From Dictyostelium discoideum (lineage: Eukaryota): 64,000 nucleotides of DNA. Position 1 is the stretch's first letter, and each line of letters starts with the position of its first letter. Positions 57,651 to 64,000 of the stretch are shown one piece after another. The position numbers and the translations under genes are program-made. Where the stretch lies: positions 2,112,001 to 2,176,000 of the forward strand of contig CM000151.3 of assembly GCA_000004695.1 (NCBI GenBank), in the 5' to 3' direction. The notes beneath the pieces are model-generated. The model was given only the letters and a program-made list of their open reading frames with translations, was not told the origin of the DNA and ran no database searches.

Positions 57651-57984
57651 TTTTTTTTTTTTTTGATTTATTTACTTTTTCTTTTTTTTTTTTTTTTTTT
57701 TTTTTTTGGTTTAATATCTTCTAAAATAATAAATAACAATAAATGTTTTTAAAGGAAAAAAAAGCTAATAATTTAATGATTATACAAATCAAAAGAATAA
57801 AAAAAAAAACCAAATGTATTTCCTTACATTATGTGATACCAATTTGATAACTTTTTTTTTTAATCAAATGGGAAATAAATAAATTATAAATTAATATTAA
57901 TTTTTTTAAATAATATTTTCAAATGAAATATAAGGTTCATACAATGCCCAATTTTTTACTACCCTCCCTTTTTTTTTTTTTATT

Positions 57985-58010
57985 TAATTATTATTTTGGG
58001 GGTTGGGTGT
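57985..58010. promoter_or_regulatory. G-rich element TTTTGGGGGTTGGGTGTTTGTTT about 340 bp upstream of the PKS relic
   Basis: GBF-type G-box-like. Isolated in an A/T-rich spacer. Confidence 0.3.
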
Positions 58011-58267
58011 TTGTTTATTAATAAAAATGATTTTTTGTACAAATTGTCATTATTTTTACTTTTAATTTATTTAAAAAAAATAAATTTATCCTTGTGGTAA
58101 GATATAATTTCAAATAATGAGTCGTTAAAAAAAAAGTTGCTTTTTGAAATTTTTAATCTTATTTTATCTATTATTTTTTTTATTTTATTTTATTTTATTT
58201 TTTTGTTTTATTTTACTATTTTTATTACGTGAATATTAGTATTTTAATTTATTTGTTATCATCATTT

Positions 58268-58334
<67 letters not shown>

Positions 58335-58340
58335 CCTTAC

Positions 58341-59350
58341 CTATTTTTTAAAAAAGAAATCGTTTAAAATGGCCAAAGTATTAGCTGGTGATTTTACAGT
58401 AAAAGATTGTGTAATTCTTGGGTGATTAGCAATTTCATAATCATTACCACCCAAAAAAGTTTTATCACCAAAAAAGTAGAGTGTTTTAAATTCATCCTCT
58501 GGTAAATGACGTAAACAATAAGTTTTATCCCAACCAATTGGAAAAACATCAAAACTTATTTGACCACCAATTGAATATTGTAAACCAAAAGATTTAAATT
58601 CCTCTTTTAATATTGATACCATTGTTGATCTAATTTTGTGTTCCTGAAAAAAAAAAAAAATTATTATTAAATTTAATATATATATATTTAATCATATTTA
58701 AAAGTACAATAAACCTACCAAATCATACTTTTCAAATTCTTCACGTTCTTGTTGGGAACAATTTCTACCAATTGGCGAGATATTAAGCATACCATTTCTA
58801 AATTCAACAAAGGTACCTCTTTTTATTGGAATATCAAGATCAGCTACATAATGTAACACAAAATTAATAAATTTTTTGATATTTTCTTCACCTAAATACT
58901 TTTTAATATCCTAAAATAATATTTAATTATTATGATGCTATATATTTTATTTATGATTACTACTATTAATATAATAAAAAATTTTAATAATTACTTGAAT
59001 TTCTAATAATGAACCATCTTTATATGCTATTAAACCATTTTCTGCAAATACATAATCAAAATCATTAATAAAATTTTCACCTAATTGCTCTTTAATTTTA
59101 TTAAAATTAGAGCCACCAACAACACCTATCTTTATTTTTGTTCTTAAAGATGCCAATAATTCTTTCATTTCATTGGTGATTGCCTATTTATTTTTTAAAG
59201 CATTTTTATTATTTTATTTTATAAAAATGTTAACCAATCATTTTATTAATTTATTTTATAAAAATATAAAATACGGATACTTGCATTTCTCGGTTTAGTT
59301 AAAGTATCATCCACATCAAACAAACATATAGTGTTTTTATTTTGTGACAT
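58341..59350 (-). CDS. pmmA: Phosphomannomutase; 4 exons (about 59350..59285, 59183..58995, 58910..58709, 58643..58341)
   Basis: [22 protein letters not shown] | [35 protein letters not shown]...[10 protein letters not shown] | [64 protein letters not shown] | [47 protein letters not shown]...[16 protein letters not shown]... Aligns colinearly with PMM2. Intron 1 uses a GCAAGT donor. Confidence 0.85.
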
Positions 59351-59797
59351 TTCAAAGGAATTTTTGTTAATAAATCTCACAAATCAGATTAATCAAAACA
59401 AATGAAAAAAAAAAAAAAATGAAAAAATAAGAAAATAAAAAAAAAATTTATAACATAAAAAAAAGGAAAAAGGAAAAATTGAAAAAAAATCAACATAAAA
59501 AAAAAAAAAAAGGAAAAATTAAAAAAAATTATTGCGTTGTTGCCAATGGGAGCATGGAAAAAAAGGTAAAATAAAAAAAGAGGTGACTAACCGAGCAGCG
59601 CCACATAGAAATAAATAATAAATAATTAATTATTTTTATATCCAGCCAATCTTAGTTGTTTATTTTAAAGAAAAAGATTTTTTTTTTTTAAAGATTTTTT
59701 TTTTTCCCAACACCCAATATATTTATAGTTTTTGAAATTTTTATTTTTTTTTTTTTTTTTTTTTTTATTTTTCATTTTTTATTTTTTTTTATTTTTA

Positions 59798-59829
<32 letters not shown>

Positions 59830-60066
59830 GAACTATGGAATATTATTAGAGAACCAAATGGAAATGGAATGAAAAAGCTATAATGATTAGGTTTATAGTT
59901 TTTTAAAAAATAAAAAATTAAAATTAAAAATAATTAAATATAATTAAAAATAATTAAAAATAATTAAAAATAAAAATAATTTTTGGTAAAAAAGATTATT
60001 TAAAAAAAAAAAAAAGAAAAAAAAAAAAAAACCTAAATACTATTTTTAAAAAAAAAAAAAAAAAAA

Positions 60067-61694
60067 ATGGGTGGTGCGGTGCTTATTAATAGTGGTAACA
60101 GTAGTAATACTCCTATTAATGAAGAAGAGCCGTCTGGATTGGAAACTAATTTTGGTACCACTACTCCAAATTTAAAAAAAAAGTACTTAATTCAGTATAT
60201 AATATTATATGCATATTTAGCGTGTATTTTTATATCAACATTTTTATATGATATTTTCATTCCAACTTTATTATTTCATTATGTTGAACATAAATTTCCA
60301 GATTTAACACCTCAAGAAAAAAGTTCGAAATCATCATATTATAAATCTTATTCTGATGGTTTTCCATTTTTAGTTATGTTTTTATTTGTAAGTTTTTAAA
60401 TAATAATTTTTAATATTTTATAACAATAGAATAATTGTTAATAATTATTAATTGTTTTTTTTTTTTTTTTTTTTTTAATAAAAATAAGGGACCACTTGTG
60501 GGATATATTTCAGATAGATATGGAAGAAAATCCAATTTTTATTTATCAGTTTTAACAGTTATGTTTGTTATTATGTCATGTTTTGTATCAATGGAAACAA
60601 ATAACATTTATTGTTTTTATGTTTTCCATACCATTGGTGGTTTATATAATGTTTCAAACTCTGTAGTTTTTTCATTCATTTATGATATTTCCGATGAAAA
60701 AGATATTCCAGTTTTGTTTACATTATGTGGACTTTCAATGGGCCTTGGTACAACGATTGGATCTTTAATTTATGCATTTGTACCAACTGATAAGGTTCCA
60801 TATATGATGTTATACATTTCTAGTGGGTTCGCTTTAGTATCTCTTATACTTGTTCCATTTTTAATTGAAACCATTCACATCTCTCGAGAAAATAATAAAA
60901 ATAAAACTTTTGTAAAAAAAAGTTTTGAAAATCCAAATCCATTCTCAACTATTAAAAGTTTATTCACAAATAATGGTTTTATTTCTTGGACAATTTTATT
61001 ATTTTTTTCAATTCAATATACTGGTCAAGATATCTGGTCAACCTTTTACTATTACTCATATCTAATGTATAACTGGAATCAAAAAACAATTGGTCTTTTT
61101 ACTCTTGGTGTTGGTGGTGCAACAATTTTATATAGTGTTTTAATTGTTCCATTATTTTTAAAAGTTTTATGTATGTTGTAAATTTATAAATTATTTTTTA
61201 TTATTGTTGAACAAATTTAATTAAATATTAACTTTTTTTTTTTTATTTCTTTCTTTTTTTTTTTTTTTTTTTTTTTTTTAGCTGAAAAAAAAGTAATTAC
61301 AATTGGATTCTTTATTACATTCTGTGCACATGTAATGCTATCAAGTTCAAAGTTTTCACAATATCTTTTTATTTTTGGTGCAATAGTTAGTAGTATTGTT
61401 CCATGTGTTTCGAATTTATTATGCTCTGTAATATCTAAATCTACACCTCAAGAAGTTCAAGGATCAGTATTAACAGGTCTTCAATCTGTAAAAGCACTTG
61501 GTAGCTTTGCTGGTGCCATGGTAGCTAATAATTTACTAAGTCATTTCTCAAGTGATGAATCATCGATTTACTTTCCTCAAGCTATCTATTTTTTAAATGG
61601 TGTTGTATTATTTATAATAATGATCATTTCTATTTTAGTTTGGAGATTTTATAAAAACAAAATCAAAAATAATGTAAACAATAATAACAATTAA
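60067..61694 (+). CDS. Major-facilitator-superfamily transporter; 3 exons (60067..60387, 60489..61170, 61282..61694), about 471 aa
   Basis: MFS motif A GPLVGYISDRYGRK at the start of exon 2. About 11-12 hydrophobic helices. Introns GTAAGT...AAG (phase 0) and GTATGT...TTAG (phase 1). Confidence 0.75.
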
Positions 61695-61912
61695 TAAAAT
61701 TAAAAATTATTTTTTAATTTTGTTCACTTCAAAGTAAAATAATTAATTTTTTTTTTTTTTTTTTATTTTTTATTTACTTTTTTTATTTTTTTTATTTTTT
61801 TTTAAACCAATATGGTATATTTAAATTAAAGAAAAAACAAAAAAAAACAAATAAATAAATTTTAAGTTTTAATATTATTTTTTTTATTTTATTTTTTTTT
61901 TATTTGAATAAT

Positions 61913-63703
61913 TTAAACATATCCACCTTGGTTACCGAAAATTGATTGAATTTGAGTATTGTATTGATTAATTTCACCTAACCATTCTGGTTTATCTTGA
62001 GCGATTTGGTTATAGAAAACTCCGGCCATTAAGTAATTTGCAATTTGGTTTGGATGGAAACCATCAATTGGTTCTATAATAGGAAAAATTAAAAAAAAAA
62101 AAAAAAAGTTAGTATTAACTTTATTTAAAATTATTATTATTATTATTATTAAAACTTACCAATAAGATCATAAGTTTGACCACCTTGAGCAACCCACATT
62201 TCATTAATAGTTGCGAATGGGAAATCGTAATAAATCATATCGAAATTATTAAAAGTATAATTTTTAATGAGTTGATTATAAACGAGAGATAATTGAGCAG
62301 CACGATTACTGGTATAATCACGAACTGTTTCATTTGGATTCATCCAACCCCAACATGGACTTACTTGAATACAATTTAAGAAATCATAAACCTCTTCATA
62401 TGTACAACCGAGTGGATGTGTTCTATTCCATAAACTATCCCAAAGTACTCTACCATCAGCTAAACCAACAAAAACGACATGTGAACCTTTTGGTAAAGTT
62501 GTTTCTAAATAATTTAAGATTGTTAAAATGTTTTCACCAAATTCTTCTACGGTAGTCATTGAATCATAATCATGATGACCACTACAAACATCGTTACCAA
62601 TGAGTTCGAGGAATAATAAAACTGGTTTATCAGTGTTTTGGTTACGGTTAATGGTTTGAATGATGGTTCTTGTACTTGATGAGCTAGCACCATTTACACC
62701 TAAATTTTGGTAATCTCTATGATTACATAAATTTCTTTCTCTCATTCTGAGATACATTGAATCTACGTTTGGTGCAGATGTATCCCAACCAGTGTAACAT
62801 GATCTCATTGGCCAATCGACTTCAGTCTCTAAAATGTCAATCATTCCTTTGTAAGTGGTGGAATTAATATCTCTTGCTGTCATCCATTGTGGTGGAATTG
62901 AGAAATGTGCACCTGCTGAATCACCAGAAACAATTACACCCATTGCACCAGAGTTGGAACAAAATAATTCTTCATATGATTGTGATTGATTATTGACACC
63001 AAAAATACCATTACAATTCTTATCAACACTTGCATCACCTGTACCTTCAATTGTACCTGGATATGATGATTTATCAAAATCATTACAATCTTTACCTCTC
63101 CAATTATAACCTCTAAAAGTTGCTTCAACTAAAAAAATAAAAAAATAAAAAAAATAATAAAAAAAATAATAATTAAATATTTAAAATTAGTAAATTAATT
63201 TAAAAATAGAATTAAAATAAAACTAAAATAAAATACATACGTGAATGATGATCACCATCAAAATCTTGAATTGGTAAATGTTCAGATGAAAAGACTTTAA
63301 TTAATTCTTGAATCCAAGCCCATGGACTACCTCCAACTTTTGGATCTTCTTTGTTATATTCTTGATGAACATGATCTGGATTATAGAATTTAGATGGTGC
63401 ACTTGTGAATAATCTACAAGTTGGTGATGTACAAACGTTCATTGCATGACATACATCATCAGCATTTTGGTATTGATCAAAGTATGAAATGATTTGTTCA
63501 CCATAAGTATTAACTAACCATGTACAAAGTGAACCAGCTTCATCTGGGAAAAATGAACATAATTCATCTAATGAATCTTCAATTGATTTATTATGAATAC
63601 CTGAATATTGGTTAACTAAACTTAATACCTTTTTTTTTTTTTTTTTAATTTTTTTTTTTTTTTTTTTTTTTTCGAAAATGGAAAAAAAGTGATTAGAAGA
63701 TAT

Positions 63704-63742
<39 letters not shown>

Positions 63743-63949
63743 CAAAAATGATAATAATTAATTAATTCTTACAATTGTACATGCAGCACAGTGTGTACCA
63801 CCATTAGCTGATTTTACATCATTTGAAATAAATTCTTCAAATTTATTTTTTATTTCCAATGATTTTCCATTTACTGGAATGTTTACGGCAGTAGTAAAAT
63901 TAATTAAAACTGATAATACTATAAATAATAATACAAATACAGATTTCAT
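61913..63949 (-). CDS. aoah: Acyloxyacyl hydrolase-like protein: signal peptide + saposin B-type domain + GDSL/SGNH lipase domain; 4 exons (63949..63773, 63628..63241, 63128..62160, 62073..61913), about 564 aa
   Basis: Exons 1/2: MKSVFVLLFIVLSVLINF...THCAACTI|VLSLVNQYSGIHNKSIEDSLDELCSFFPDEAGSLCTWLVN...DDVCHAMNVC (six saposin Cys). Exon 3: ...RGKDCNDFD...DKNCNGIFG...VIVSGDSAGAHF (GDS motif). Exon 4: EPIDGFHPNQIANYLMAG... Phases 0/1/1 all consistent. Confidence 0.85.
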
Positions 63950-64000
63950 TCTTTATTTTATTTTTTATTTTTTATTTTTTTTTTATTTCACTTAATAAAA

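Noticed and set aside
58555-58565. Apparent 1-nt disagreement between my reading of the printed sequence (extra T giving ...GGQNKF) and the ORF-track protein (...GGQISFDVF) in pmmA exon 4
   Set aside because: This is most likely my own miscount of a T-run, and the ORF track is taken as authoritative. For this reason hand-derived exon coordinates are quoted as approximate (about 1 nt).

Overview
This window reads as nuclear DNA from Dictyostelium discoideum or a very close dictyostelid. It is about 78% A+T, has poly-Asn/Gln coding tracts ((AAT)n, (CAA)n), short A/T-rich introns with GTAAGT...AG boundaries, and oligo-A/T promoters. It is gene-dense, with about 25 protein genes on both strands and no rRNA, tRNA, CRISPR or transposon ORFs. 

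Housekeeping genes, confidently called by family: an MCM helicase (MCM6-like, 3' end runs off the window), snRNP SmD3, uracil-DNA glycosylase with long poly-Q/poly-N extensions, APC/C subunit Cdc23/APC8, phosphomannomutase, aprataxin (FHA-HIT-ZnF), a WDR7/rabconnectin-3beta homolog, a two-domain AAA ATPase, an MFS transporter, an NRF-domain acyltransferase-3 membrane protein, an acyloxyacyl-hydrolase-like saposin+GDSL lipase, a secreted 2H-phosphoesterase-like protein, and a Dicer-type DExH helicase flanked by two dsRBDs (HelF-like). 

Accessory content: a 3174-aa type I polyketide synthase (KS-AT-DH-cMT-ER-KR-ACP plus C-terminal domain), and 31 kb downstream a decayed paralogous PKS relic (KS + partial AT + KR-tail/ACP, frameshifted, with the whole DH-MT-ER block deleted). 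There is a three-copy tandem array of a novel about 110-aa basic coiled-coil protein with conserved promoters. A spliced gene for a small Gly/Cys-rich hssA/2C/7E-family-like protein, missed by the ORF track, is embedded in that array. A 2.2-kb tandem segmental duplication copies the last aprataxin exon together with a convergent F-box/LRR-like poly-Asn gene; the second copy is frameshifted and has collapsed poly-N tracts. A large PH-domain protein carries a collagen-like G-X-Y/GGX N-terminus split over four micro-exons. A 3-kb intergenic region holds GBF-type G-box/CA-rich elements upstream of a Cys/His-rich Asn-rich protein gene. 

Splice models were built by hand from consensus donors/acceptors and reading-frame continuity; one phosphomannomutase intron appears to be a GC-AG intron. 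Coordinates of hand-built exon boundaries may be off by about 1 nt. All findings below are within this frame; the array, the embedded gene, the PKS relic and the duplication are the ones worth a second look.
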